Positions 50,019-59,778 of a stretch of DNA of 64,000 nt are shown piece by piece (position 1 is the first letter of the stretch; each line of letters begins with the position of its first letter). The DNA is from an uncultured beta proteobacterium. GTDB lineage: Bacteria > Pseudomonadota > Gammaproteobacteria > Burkholderiales > Casimicrobiaceae. Below the pieces are notes generated by a model. It was not told where the DNA came from. It did no database searches and worked only from the letters and a program-made list of their open reading frames with translations. The position numbers and the translations under genes are program-made. The stretch is from contig CAVQWR010000001.1 of the NCBI GenBank assembly GCA_963717695.1, positions 560,374-624,373 of the forward strand, written 5' to 3'.

Positions 50019-50726
50019 ATGACCGGCCGGCTCTATCTCGTGCCGAATCTCCTCGGCATCGTTCCACCGGAAAGCGTGCTGCCGACGCGCACGATCACGG
50101 TGGCGCGAAGCCTCGGGCATTTCGTTGTCGAGAACGCGAAACCGGCGCGGCATTTTCTGAAGTCGCTCGCCCCGACCCGGCCGCTGCAGGCCATCGCGAT
50201 CGAGGAAATCGGCGCCGATCCGACGGCGCAGCATTGCGAGACGCTGCTCGCACCCGCGCGTGCGGGCCACGACATGGGCCTCGTGTCGGACGCCGGCTGT
50301 CCGGGCGTCGCCGATCCCGGCGCGGGCGTCGTCGCCGCGGCGCATCGCCTCGGCATCACCGTGGTCCCGCTGGTCGGGCCGTCGTCTGTCCTGCTCGCGT
50401 TGATGGCCTCCGGCATGAACGGCCAGGGCTTCACGTTCCACGGCTATCTTCCGGTGAAAGCCGAAGCGCGCGCGGACGCGATTCGCCGGCTCGAGTCCGA
50501 ATCGGCCAGGAGCCGCCACGCGCAGCTCTTCATCGAGACGCCGTACCGCAACGCGGCGCTGCTCGACGCGCTGTTCGCGACGCTGCGGCCCGACACGCGG
50601 CTGTGCGTCGCCGCCGACCTGACGCTCGAAACCGAGACGGTGGAATCGCGCCCCGTCCGGGCCTGGCGCGGCCGGGATGTCGCCCGCTATGCGAAGCGGC
50701 CGGCGATCTTCGTCGTGCAGGCCTGA
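50019..50726 (+). CDS. Tetrapyrrole-methylase-superfamily SAM-dependent methyltransferase (RsmI-like, short form)
   Basis: MTGRLYLVPNLLG.., SDAGCPGVADPG, PLVGPSSVLLALMASGMNGQGFTFHGYLP. 235 aa. Confidence 0.8.
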   Translation: MTGRLYLVPNLLGIVPPESVLPTRTITVARSLGHFVVENAKPARHFLKSLAPTRPLQAIAIEEIGADPTAQHCETLLAPARAGHDMGLVSDAGCPGVADPGAGVVAAAHRLGITVVPLVGPSSVLLALMASGMNGQGFTFHGYLPVKAEARADAIRRLESESARSRHAQLFIETPYRNAALLDALFATLRPDTRLCVAADLTLETETVESRPVRAWRGRDVARYAKRPAIFVVQA

Positions 50727-50748
50727 CGGGGCGGCCGCGGCGGCGCGC

Positions 50749-51183
50749 TCAGGCGCGCTCGTCGCTGATGTAGCTCTTCAGCATGCGGTTCTCGAAGCTC
50801 TGCTCCTCGAGCACCGCCTTGGCGACGTCGTGGAACGACACCACGCCCTGCAGCATCGTGCCGTCCAGCACCGGCACGTAGCGCGCGTGGCGCTCGAGCA
50901 TCGTGCGCCGAAGCTCGTTGACGTCCATCGCGCCGGTGGCGGTCAGCGGATCGCGCTCGGCGATTTCGCTGATGCGGAGTGCGCCGAGCGTACCGTCGCG
51001 GGACGAGAGGGCACGCAGCACCTCGGCAAAGGTCACGATCCCCGTCATGCGGCCATGGTCCATCACGACCAGCGAGCCGATGTCGTGCTGCGCCATCACC
51101 CTGACCGCCTCCAGCACCTGGGCATCCGGCGGCGTCGTGAAGAGCGTGCTTCCCTTGATGCGCAGGATTTCGCTGACGAGCAT
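50749..51183 (-). CDS. CBS-domain pair protein
   Basis: Start at MLVSEILRIKGSTLFT (CAT at 51181-51183). Two CBS repeats. 144 aa. Confidence 0.8.
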   Translation of the reverse strand: MLVSEILRIKGSTLFTTPPDAQVLEAVRVMAQHDIGSLVVMDHGRMTGIVTFAEVLRALSSRDGTLGALRISEIAERDPLTATGAMDVNELRRTMLERHARYVPVLDGTMLQGVVSFHDVAKAVLEEQSFENRMLKSYISDERA

Positions 51184-51354
51184 CGTTATCCCCCTCGGAC
51201 GGCGGTGGCGGGCGTCAGGCGAGATTACTCCGCGAAACCGGCGATGTACAACCACGCGGACCGCGCTTGCATCCGCCGCTCGTGCTCAGCCGAACCCGGC
51301 ACATGGCGTCGCGCCGCCGTGGCGTTGCCATCGGTACAATTTTGCCTACAAGCG

Positions 51355-52074
51355 TCAAGCCACCTCCCATTTTTCCGCGCTCGCCCCCGCAAGCGCGCGG
51401 ACACGGGCTTCATCCTTGCCAAATTCCGCGGCAGACCCCTCGTAGACGACCCGACCGTCGTCGAGCACGTAGGCACGATCCGCGACTTGGACGGCCGCGC
51501 GAACGTTCTGCTCGACGAGAAGTACGGAGATTCCTTCGTCGCGCATCGCCCCGACGACCCGGAATACTTCCTGAACGATCAGCGGGGCCAGACCCTGCGA
51601 TGGCTCGTCGAGCAGCAGAAGTTTTGGATTCAGGAGCAGCGTGCGCGCGATGGCGAGCATCTCCTGCTCGCCGCCTGAGAGCTGTCGCCCCTTGCTCGTC
51701 TTTCGCTGGGCAAGGCGTGGAAAAAGCTCGTAGACGCGCGGGATCGTCCAGGGGCCCGGTCGCTCGAGTGGCACGCGCAGGTTTTCGTCCACCGTAAGGT
51801 TGGCAAAAATCCTGCGCCCCTCCGGGACGTAGCCCACGCCGTGCGCGGCGATCTTGAATGGCGGCCACGCGGTCATGTTTTGCCCAAATATCGTCACCGA
51901 TCCCTCGCGGGCAGGAGTGAGCCCCACCAACGTGCGCAGGGTGGTCGTCTTGCCCGCGCCGTTGCGCCCGAGCAGCGTAACGATCTCACCCTCGCCGACC
52001 ATCAACGAGACGCCGTGCAGGATGTGGCTCTTGCCGTAGAACGTGTGCAAGCCGGAAGCTTCCATGACGATCAT
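51355..52074 (-). CDS. livF: ABC transporter ATPase (LivF type)
   Basis: GRNGAGKTT, LSGGEQEMLAIARTL, LLLDEPSQGLAP. Intact, 239 aa. Confidence 0.9.
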   Translation of the reverse strand: MIVMEASGLHTFYGKSHILHGVSLMVGEGEIVTLLGRNGAGKTTTLRTLVGLTPAREGSVTIFGQNMTAWPPFKIAAHGVGYVPEGRRIFANLTVDENLRVPLERPGPWTIPRVYELFPRLAQRKTSKGRQLSGGEQEMLAIARTLLLNPKLLLLDEPSQGLAPLIVQEVFRVVGAMRDEGISVLLVEQNVRAAVQVADRAYVLDDGRVVYEGSAAEFGKDEARVRALAGASAEKWEVA

Positions 52075-52820
52075 TCCGCGCTCCCCAGGTATGCGGCCTG
52101 CACGCGCTCGTCATGGGCTATTTCGTCCGGCGTGCCCTCGCCCAGCACGGCGCCTTCGGCGAGCACCGTGACCCGGTCCGCCAGGTGAAATACGACTCGC
52201 ATGTCGTGCTCGATCAATGCAATGGTCAGCTTCTGATCCTTGTGCAACCGCCGGATCAACTGCGTGATGTCGTACGTTTCCTGATCTCCCATGCCGGCCG
52301 TGGGCTCGTCCAGCAGCAGCAGGCGAGGCTTGAGCGCCAGCGCCATCATGATCTCGGCCGTGCGCTGGTCCCCGTGCGCCAATTCACCGACAAGGCGGTC
52401 CGCTTTGGCCTCGAGTCCGCCCATTTCGAGCAGTTCGTCGATCCGCGTTCTGACCTGAGCATTGGCCGCGCGGCTCAGCCAGGCGTTGAGCCGCATTCCG
52501 GCGCCGACTTCCACCGGAATTCGCAGGTTCTCACGCACCGAGAGCTCCGGAAAGATCTCCGTGATCTGAAACGTGCGCGCCATTCCCAGCGCGACGCGCC
52601 TTTCGGGAGGATCTTCGGTGATGTCGCGTCCGTCGAACAGGATCCGGCCGGACGTCGGTGGGAAGAATCCGCTGATCAAATTGAAGAAGGTTGTCTTTCC
52701 GGCGCCATTGGGACCGATGATTGCCCGCAACTCGCCGGGCGAAACAGTAAGCGAAACATGATCAACAGCAACCAGGCTGCCGAAATGGCGGGAAGCCTCC
52801 TCGACTACGAGCAGGCTCAC
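52071..52820 (-). CDS. livG: ABC transporter ATPase (LivG type)
   Basis: The GTG start overlaps the livM stop (GTGA). GPNGAGKTTFFNLISG and LLLLDEPTAGM motifs. It forms the C-terminal third of the 853-aa ORF-track ORF. Confidence 0.9.
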   Translation of the reverse strand: MSLLVVEEASRHFGSLVAVDHVSLTVSPGELRAIIGPNGAGKTTFFNLISGFFPPTSGRILFDGRDITEDPPERRVALGMARTFQITEIFPELSVRENLRIPVEVGAGMRLNAWLSRAANAQVRTRIDELLEMGGLEAKADRLVGELAHGDQRTAEIMMALALKPRLLLLDEPTAGMGDQETYDITQLIRRLHKDQKLTIALIEHDMRVVFHLADRVTVLAEGAVLGEGTPDEIAHDERVQAAYLGSAE

Positions 52821-53767
52821 AGGACGCCCTTTCGCCGCAGAGCGCCGATCACGCCGCGCGGAAAGAACAGCACGACGAGCACGAAGAACAAACCAACGAA
52901 CGACTGCCAGTTCTCGGTCTGGCTGGAGACATAGTCCTGCAGCACCACGAAAATCGCCGCGCCGATCAGCGGTCCCCAGAAAGCGCGCATCCCGCCAAGG
53001 ACCGCCATGATCACGAAGTTTCCGGACAGGCCCCAATACAGGGAGCGCGGATCCGTGAAATTGTTGAGGAGCGCGTAGAGCGTTCCGGCAAGACTGGCGA
53101 AGAAGCAGGAAATGACGAAGGAGAGCCAGATGTGCTGCTCGACCGGGATGCCGAGGTAGCGCGCGCGGCGTTCGTTCTCGCGGATCGCGATCAAAGTTCT
53201 CCCGAATGGCGAACGCAGCAGCAGGGCCATGAGCGTGGCGGCCGCGGCGAAGACAAACAGAACGAGGTAATAGAAAGCCTTGTCGTTGCCTTGTATGTCG
53301 ATCCGGGTGAACCCAAGATCGATCGCCTGCCGTTGCCAACCCGTCAACCCGTCGTCGCCGCCCGTGACCGAATTCCAGCGGAACGTGATGAAGTAGAAAA
53401 CCTGCCCGAACGCAATCGTTACCATGGCGAAGTACACGCCGCGGAGCTTGACGATCATCGCCCCGATAAGCGCCGCGGCAATCGTGCCCACTGCGACGCC
53501 GACCACGATACCGAGCGGGGTGCTTGGCACCAGATACTTGATCGTCATCCCCACGCCGTAGGCGCCGAGGCCGAAATACGCAGCGTGGCCAAACGAAAGC
53601 ACACCGGTGAAACCGAGCAGGAAATTCAGCGCCATCGCGGCCAGGCCAAGCACGAGAATGCGGCTCGCCAATTCCGTGTAGCCGCCGACGGCGCGCATCC
53701 AGAAGGGCATCGTCAGCAGCACCGCCCAGATGAGTACATTCGGCCACTGCTTGCCAAAGGCGTTCAA
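52817..53767 (-). CDS. livM: ABC transporter permease (LivM type)
   Basis: 316 aa. FTGVLSFGHAAYFGLGAYG, IRENERRARYLGI. The TTG start overlaps the livH stop. Confidence 0.9.
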   Translation of the reverse strand: MNAFGKQWPNVLIWAVLLTMPFWMRAVGGYTELASRILVLGLAAMALNFLLGFTGVLSFGHAAYFGLGAYGVGMTIKYLVPSTPLGIVVGVAVGTIAAALIGAMIVKLRGVYFAMVTIAFGQVFYFITFRWNSVTGGDDGLTGWQRQAIDLGFTRIDIQGNDKAFYYLVLFVFAAAATLMALLLRSPFGRTLIAIRENERRARYLGIPVEQHIWLSFVISCFFASLAGTLYALLNNFTDPRSLYWGLSGNFVIMAVLGGMRAFWGPLIGAAIFVVLQDYVSSQTENWQSFVGLFFVLVVLFFPRGVIGALRRKGVL

Positions 53768-54632
53768 TTGACCCTCCCTTCCTCGCCCAGCAGCCCGCGC
53801 GGCCGGATAAGCAGGACGAGCCCATCATCACGTAGATCACCGCTTCGGTCGCCGAAGGAAAGAAGACCGTCGTGATGCCGGACGCAACGCCGATCAGGAG
53901 ACCGCCAAGCAGGGTTCCCGGCAAGCTGCCCAGGCCGCCGACGATGATTGCCACGAAGCTCGGCATGATGAGCGATGAGCCGATCGTCGGCGCGAGTCCC
54001 AGCATGCCCGCGGCAAGGACCCCTGCCAACCCGGCCAGGTAGATGCCCAGGCCGAAATTCAGGTTGCGCAGAATGCGTACGTTCACCCCGAGGACGGAAA
54101 CCGTTTCGAGATCGAGCGTGCCGGCGCGGATGCGCATGCCCAGACGCGTCCGATTCAGGATGAAAAAGAGTCCCGCGACGGCCACGGCGACCAGGCCGAC
54201 CATGAACAGGCGGTAGCCCGTGAGGAAAAAGTATTTCGTGCTGAGCGCGTTGGTGAGCACCGCGGGGAGCGGATAGGGGAGGCTCGTCGCGCCCCAGATA
54301 TAGCGCGTGCCGTCCTCGATCATGTAGGCGAGTCCGAACGTCAGCAGGAGACTATAGAGCGGGTCGCGCCCGTAGACTTGCCGTATCAACAGCCGTTCGA
54401 CCAGAAGCCCGATGGCGGCGGTGAGGAATGGCGCCACCAGCAGCGCTCCCCAAAATCCGAGAAATGGTATGAGGGTGTAGGCGAGATAGCCGCCAATGGC
54501 GAGGAATCCGCCATGGGCAAAATTGATGACGCCGCTCAGATTGAGGATCAAGGACAATCCAAGCGCCATCAGCGCGTAGAAGGCGCCGACAATCAATCCG
54601 TTGAAAATATTGAAAACGAGAACCTGAGTCAT
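53764..54632 (-). pseudogene. livH: ABC transporter permease (LivH type), one frame break close to the 3' end
   Basis: MTQVLVFNIFNGLIVGAFYALMALGLSLI.. is intact up to ..EAVIYVMMG. The expected tail LVLLIRPRGLLGEEGRVN* is in the next frame. A 1-nt deletion lies in a G/C run near 53815. The length 869 equals 3n+2. Confidence 0.8.
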
Positions 54633-54827
54633 CGATGTGCCCCGCCGTTAGCCGCACGCTCGCACCTGTCCTGCCATGTTGCATCGTTAAAATTGGCGCG
54701 AGCGCGCGTAGCGCGCCGCATTGCTCCGGCACGAAAGCTCGAAGGCCGCGCTGCGCCGCCTCTGGTGCAGTTGAGCTTCGAAATATTCGGGGCCGCGCAT
54801 GCGTCGTCGGCCCCGAATCGGACGGAC

Positions 54828-56087
54828 CTACGCCGGCCAGGTCAGCTTGCAGCCCGTTTCCTCGACGGTGGGAGAGATCTTGTCGCCGTCGACAACTTCC
54901 GTCACGTTGAACAGGTCGTCCGGCGCGCTGCCGGCGCCCTGGGCATTGCCGACGTAGAGCGAGTTGATCAGCTGATGGTCGCCGGCGCGGTAGTACGTCG
55001 AATGCGGCATCAGGCCGATCTCCGGCGGCAGCTTCATGCCTTCAAGCGCCTTTGCCATCTTCACCGGATTCAGCGTCTTCGCCTGGTTGGCAGCAAGTGC
55101 GCATGTCCAAGTCGCCGCGTAACCAAACCAGGTACGGGCGGTAGGAACCTTGCCGGTCTTCTTCTTGATCGCCTCGACGAATTCGGCGACATGTGGCACT
55201 CCGGGTTGCTTCCAGTACCACTCGAACACCCAGGTGCCGACCCGCGCATCCGGCGGCAATCCTTCGAGGGCTTCCAATTCCTGCTGAGCACCCGCGAGAT
55301 GGACGCGCTTGTCGAGGCCGAACTGCACCGCCTGCTTGATGCAGTTGATCATGTCATCGCCCTGCGGAAGGATGATGAGGACGTCGGGCTTTGCTGCTTC
55401 AGCCTTTATAAGGTACGACGAGAAATCGGTTGTTCCAAGCGGCGTCAGGTCGCCACCGACCTTCGTGTAGCCCGCTTTGGTGCCAGCCTTCTCGAGGCCC
55501 GCCTGCAGCGTATGGCCGAACGCGTAGTCGGGCGTGATGAAGTACCACTTCTTTCCCATGTTCTTGATCAGCGCCGGCGTCACTGCATTGGCTTCGGTCT
55601 GGGTCGGATTGCATACTCGAAACACGTTCCAGTGGCAGGCTGTTCCCGTGACCGCATCCGTGTGGCCGCCCGGCACCACGTGGAATACACCCTTTTCGTT
55701 GCTCACCTGCGCCATTGCGAGAGCAAGGGCGGAATTGACGTTGCCGAGCAGGAAGTCCACCTTGTCGCGTTCGATCAGTTTGCGCGCCTTCTGGACTGCC
55801 GTGCCGGCATCCCCGCTCGTCGAGTCCTCGACCAGGAGTTGCACCTGGCGGCCCAGAATTCCCCCCTTCGCGTTCATCTGCTCAACCGCGAGCTGGCAGC
55901 CAACAAGCTCATTCTTGCCGACCGCGGCAAAGGTGCCGGTCAGCGGATTGTCGAGTCCGATCTTGACCGGCTCTTCGGCGCGCGCCTTTATGATGAACGG
56001 GCCGGTGAGTTGTAGTGCACTGACTGCAGCCGCGGCCTTGAGCACCTTGCGGCGGCCGGCATTGCTGGCGTTGCGCTGAATCGACAT
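54828..56087 (-). CDS. ABC transporter periplasmic substrate-binding protein (LivK/Peripla_BP_6 type)
   Basis: Start MSIQRNASNAGRRKVLKAAAAVSALQ.. with SD GGAGGAG, then ..EEPVKIGLDNPLTGTFA.. 419 aa. Confidence 0.9.
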   Translation of the reverse strand: MSIQRNASNAGRRKVLKAAAAVSALQLTGPFIIKARAEEPVKIGLDNPLTGTFAAVGKNELVGCQLAVEQMNAKGGILGRQVQLLVEDSTSGDAGTAVQKARKLIERDKVDFLLGNVNSALALAMAQVSNEKGVFHVVPGGHTDAVTGTACHWNVFRVCNPTQTEANAVTPALIKNMGKKWYFITPDYAFGHTLQAGLEKAGTKAGYTKVGGDLTPLGTTDFSSYLIKAEAAKPDVLIILPQGDDMINCIKQAVQFGLDKRVHLAGAQQELEALEGLPPDARVGTWVFEWYWKQPGVPHVAEFVEAIKKKTGKVPTARTWFGYAATWTCALAANQAKTLNPVKMAKALEGMKLPPEIGLMPHSTYYRAGDHQLINSLYVGNAQGAGSAPDDLFNVTEVVDGDKISPTVEETGCKLTWPA

Positions 56088-56279
56088 TTGCGGACTCCTC
56101 CTAAGAATTGCGACGCCAATGCAGCACCATGCTGCGTTGGTCATGACCGGCGCCTGATTGCGCTCCGCATCTGCATGCGGGACCTCACCGACCCTGGCAC
56201 CTTCTTATCTGCGACTCGCCGAATGTCCTTCGGTCTTCTTCCGCCGCTTCCGGTCCGGTAATGTAGACAAAGTGCTCCG

Positions 56280-56691
56280 TCGGAGCAATCCCGAATCCGC
56301 TCGCCCCACCCGCCGGGGGGACCACGTGTTGTTCTTCTGGTCGGGCCGTCGTCGGTAACGCTCGCCCTGATGGCCTCCGGCATGAATGGCCCGGGATTCG
56401 CGTTTCACGGGTACCTGCCGGTGGCGGCCTAGCCGCGCGGAGGCAATCCGCCGGCTCAAGCCCGAATCGGCGCGCAGCCGGCACACGCAGGTCTTCTCCG
56501 AGACGCCCTATCCCAATGTGGCCTTGCGCGGTGCGCCGGTCGGTACGCTACGGCCGGAGATACGGCTTGGCGTCGTCGCCGATCTCACGGTCGACACCAA
56601 ATCGGTGGAGTCACGCCCCGCGCGGGCCAGGCGCGGCCGGGATTTCCCGCGTTTCGCGAAGCGGCCGGCGATCTTCACCGTGCAGGCCTGA
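56280..56691 (+). pseudogene. Relic 3' half of an RsmI-like methyltransferase gene (diverged paralogue of 50019-50726)
   Basis: 56337-56691 is colinear with 50370-50726 (..LVGPSSVTLALMASGMNGPGFAFHGYLPV.. versus ..LVGPSSVLLALMASGMNGQGFTFHGYLPV..; both end ..AKRPAIF.VQA*). It has an in-frame TAG at about 56429 and no 5' half. Confidence 0.65.
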
Positions 56692-56699
56692 CGTCATCG

Positions 56700-56890
56700 C
56701 GCAGGAGGGGGTCAGCGGATTGCGCTCGAGGATCTCGCTGGTGCGAAGCGCGCCCCGCGCGTCGTCGCCGGGGTTCGAGGCTACTTCCCCTGCGACCGAG
56801 TGGCAGCCGCGCGCGGGCTCGGTCGGGGTCAGCGTGCCGCCGAGTTCCGTCCGGACGGAATGGACCGTGCAGCACGATGGTGCCGGCCAT
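56700..56890 (-). pseudogene. Relic 5' part of a CBS-domain gene (diverged paralogue of 50749-51183)
   Basis: The minus-strand translation ..GALRTSEILERNPLTP.. parallels ..GALRISEIAERDPLTA.. of the intact CBS gene. About 200 bp of the 3' part are missing and more than one frame is needed. Confidence 0.5.
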
Positions 56891-59038
56891 TCACTTGTAG
56901 AGCGTGTGCGGTAGCCAGAGACCGATGCCGGGGAAAATGTAAAGCAGTGCAAGCGCCAACACCTGGATCGCCATGAACGGCATCATCCCGGCGAAGATCT
57001 GGTTCAGCGTCACGTGCTTTGGAGCGACGCCCTTCAAATAGAATGCCGCCATCGCCACGGGCGGTGACAGGAACGCTGTCTGCAGGTTGAGCGCCACCAG
57101 CAAGCCGAAGAACAGCGGATCGATCTGGAACTTCGCGAGCAGCGGGATGAAGATCGGCATGAAGATGACGATGATCTCGGTCCATTCGAGCGGCCAGCCC
57201 AACACGAAGATGATCGCCTGCGCGAGGATCATGAACTGGATCGGCGACAGGCCGAGCGAAAGCACCCACTTCTCAACGACCTCCTGCCCGCCAAGCAGCG
57301 CGAAGGCCGCCGAGAAGATCGACGAGCCGACGAACAGCCAGCACACCATTGCCGACGTCTTCGCCGTCAGGAACACCGACTCCTTGACGGTCGGCCCGAG
57401 CTTCACCTGGAAGACCGCGGCAAGGCACCAGACGCCGGCAGCGAGGATCGACACCCAGCCGATCCAGGTCGGCGGCCCCGATTCAAGCACTTCGAACTTG
57501 AGCAGAATGAACCAGACAATGGACACGCCGACCAGCAGCCAGAGCGGCAACCAGGTCGCCATGATCCTGCGCATCTTCTCCTTCGGCATGGCGAGCAGCG
57601 CGTAAATCGCGGCCAGCGAAAAGCCGCCGAACGAGCCTACTGCCGCAGCTTCGGTGGGCGTTGCCAGGCCGAACACGATCGTTCCCAGCACGGCGAGGAT
57701 CAGCACCGCGAGCGGAAAAAACGACGCCAGCAGCATCTTGAAGATCTCGAGCCGCACGAAGGTGAAGATCGTGTAGAAGATGAGCAGCGCGGCGATCCCG
57801 ACGCCGAGGATGATCCAGTAAGTGGCGGGCGCGGGAATTCGTTTCCAGTCGGCCGAGGGCGCGCCGGCGGCAGGCGTCGTCGCGACGGGCGCCTTTGCGG
57901 CTGCAGGCGGCGCTTTCGTGGCAACGGGCGCTGCCTCGGCTGTGGCGTCGGCGGGCGGCTCGGCAAGCCCGGTGCTCGTGCCCTCCTCCGCGGGCGGCTC
58001 CTGCACGCCGAACGATCCCGGCGCCGCGCTGGGTTCCGTGGCGATGTCGCCCATCTGCTGTACGCCGGTCATGTCCTGGACCACGTCGGGCTTGGTCAGC
58101 GAATGCCAGATCAGCCCCATCAGCACCGCGAACGCGATCGCCGGCATCAGCGTTAGCAGCAGCTCGCGCACGAGGATCCTGGTCGCGGCGTCGGCGTTGC
58201 GCGGCCCCTTGAGTGCGCCGATCAGCCCAGGAAGGACCTTGCTGCTGACCGTCGTCGCGATCGTGGCGAGGTGCGCAGGCAGGTTGACCTTGCGCTCGCT
58301 CATCGGCAGCGGGGGCGCGAGGTCGGGACGCAGCTTCGCGAGGATCATCACATAGCCGATGTAGAGGCCCGCCAGCATGATCCCCGGAAAGAATGCGCCG
58401 GCATAGAGCTGCACTACCGAGACGCCGGCCACGGCGCCGTAGACGATCAGCATCACCGACGGCGGTATGAGAATGCCGAGGCAGCCGCCTGCCGTGATGA
58501 CGCCCGCGGTCACCTTGATGTTGTACCCGGCGCGCAGCATCGCGGGCATGGCGAGGAGCCCCATCAGCGTGACCACCGCGCCGACGATGCCCGTGGCGGT
58601 CGCGAACACGGCGCACGTGATCAGCGTCGCGACCGCGAGCGATGCCGGAATGCGCGCCAGTGCGAGGTGCAGGCTCTTGAACAGCTTCTCGATCAGGTTG
58701 GAACGCTCGACCAGGTAGCCCATGAACACGAAGAGCGGGATCGAGATCAGCACGTCGTTCGACATGACCGCGTACGCGCGCTGCACCATGAGGTCGAGTG
58801 TCTGCTGCGTCGCGAGACTTGGACTCTGGCTCGCATAGGCTAGCCACGCGAACATCACGCCCATGCCCATCAGCGTGAAGGCGGTTGGAAAGCCAAGCAT
58901 GATCGCGATCACGATCAGCGCCAGCATCAGCAGGCCGAGGTGGCCGTTGGTCATCTGCGACGGCGCCGGCATCAGCGCGAACACCATGATCACGACAGCC
59001 GCCATGATTGCGAGGCCGAACCAGACTTCCTTTCTCAT
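56891..59038 (-). CDS. dctM: TRAP transporter large permease (DctM family), unusually long at 715 aa
   Basis: DctM-like N-terminal (..SIPLFVFMGYLVERSNL..) and C-terminal (..LGWPLEWTEIIVIFMPIF..LSPPVAMAAFYLKG..) halves are separated by extra TM segments and an Ala/Pro/Glu-rich linker. It overlaps the dctQ stop. Confidence 0.85.
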   Translation of the reverse strand: MRKEVWFGLAIMAAVVIMVFALMPAPSQMTNGHLGLLMLALIVIAIMLGFPTAFTLMGMGVMFAWLAYASQSPSLATQQTLDLMVQRAYAVMSNDVLISIPLFVFMGYLVERSNLIEKLFKSLHLALARIPASLAVATLITCAVFATATGIVGAVVTLMGLLAMPAMLRAGYNIKVTAGVITAGGCLGILIPPSVMLIVYGAVAGVSVVQLYAGAFFPGIMLAGLYIGYVMILAKLRPDLAPPLPMSERKVNLPAHLATIATTVSSKVLPGLIGALKGPRNADAATRILVRELLLTLMPAIAFAVLMGLIWHSLTKPDVVQDMTGVQQMGDIATEPSAAPGSFGVQEPPAEEGTSTGLAEPPADATAEAAPVATKAPPAAAKAPVATTPAAGAPSADWKRIPAPATYWIILGVGIAALLIFYTIFTFVRLEIFKMLLASFFPLAVLILAVLGTIVFGLATPTEAAAVGSFGGFSLAAIYALLAMPKEKMRRIMATWLPLWLLVGVSIVWFILLKFEVLESGPPTWIGWVSILAAGVWCLAAVFQVKLGPTVKESVFLTAKTSAMVCWLFVGSSIFSAAFALLGGQEVVEKWVLSLGLSPIQFMILAQAIIFVLGWPLEWTEIIVIFMPIFIPLLAKFQIDPLFFGLLVALNLQTAFLSPPVAMAAFYLKGVAPKHVTLNQIFAGMMPFMAIQVLALALLYIFPGIGLWLPHTLYK

Positions 59039-59658
59039 TTCGAGCCCTCGCTGGCGACCACGATCGCGTCGAGCTTCGCGATGTCCTCGTCATGGACGTT
59101 GACCATTGCCTTCAGCTTGTCGACGTCGACCTCCTCGACGTCCTCCTCGCGTGACGGCCATGCGCCCGCCTTGAGGCAGATGCCGCAGCGGATGATCTCG
59201 ACGACGCCCTGGATCAGCAGGAACAGTCCGGCGACCGGGATGATGGTCTTGAACGGATAGATCGGCGGGCCGTCGGCGGTGATGTTGGAGTGCTCGCTGA
59301 TCGCCCACGATTCGCCGGCGTAACGGTAGCCCGCCCAGCAGAACGCGATGACGCCCGGGATGAAGAAGACGATGTAGAGCGTGAGATCGAGGCTCGCCTG
59401 CAGCCGCGGGGGGAAGAAGCCGTAGAGAACGTCGCCGCGAACGTGGCCGTTCTTCGACAGCGTGTACGCGCCCGCCATCATGAACAGCGTGCCGTACATC
59501 ATGATCATCGCGTCGAACGCCCACGCGTGGGGGTGCTCCAGCACGTAGCGCGAGTACACCTCCCAAGTGATCAGAAGCGTCAGCGCGACGATGAGCCACG
59601 CGAAAGCGTGGCCGACCCAGGTGCTTATCTTGTCGACGAACAGCAGCAGCTTCTGCAT
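59035..59658 (-). CDS. dctQ: TRAP transporter small permease (DctQ family)
   Basis: 207 aa, 4 TM, directly upstream of and overlapping dctM. Acidic C-terminal tail. Confidence 0.85.
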   Translation of the reverse strand: MQKLLLFVDKISTWVGHAFAWLIVALTLLITWEVYSRYVLEHPHAWAFDAMIMMYGTLFMMAGAYTLSKNGHVRGDVLYGFFPPRLQASLDLTLYIVFFIPGVIAFCWAGYRYAGESWAISEHSNITADGPPIYPFKTIIPVAGLFLLIQGVVEIIRCGICLKAGAWPSREEDVEEVDVDKLKAMVNVHDEDIAKLDAIVVASEGSK

Positions 59659-59778
59659 GGGCTCACATCCGCGGATTGACCATCATGGGACGACGGCGGT
59701 CGTTGCCGACCCGCGACGAAAAAGGAAACACCATCCGGGGGTGCCGGATGGTGTCGAAGCCACTCCCGTGATGCTCCG

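Noticed and set aside
52071-54632. 853-aa apparent LivH-LivM-LivG fusion, and the analogous 763-aa ORF at 33514-35805
   Set aside because: Only the two ends match real proteins. The middle parts are out-of-frame read-through of livM (and of ligB/ligA in the second case), and those genes are intact in their own frames.
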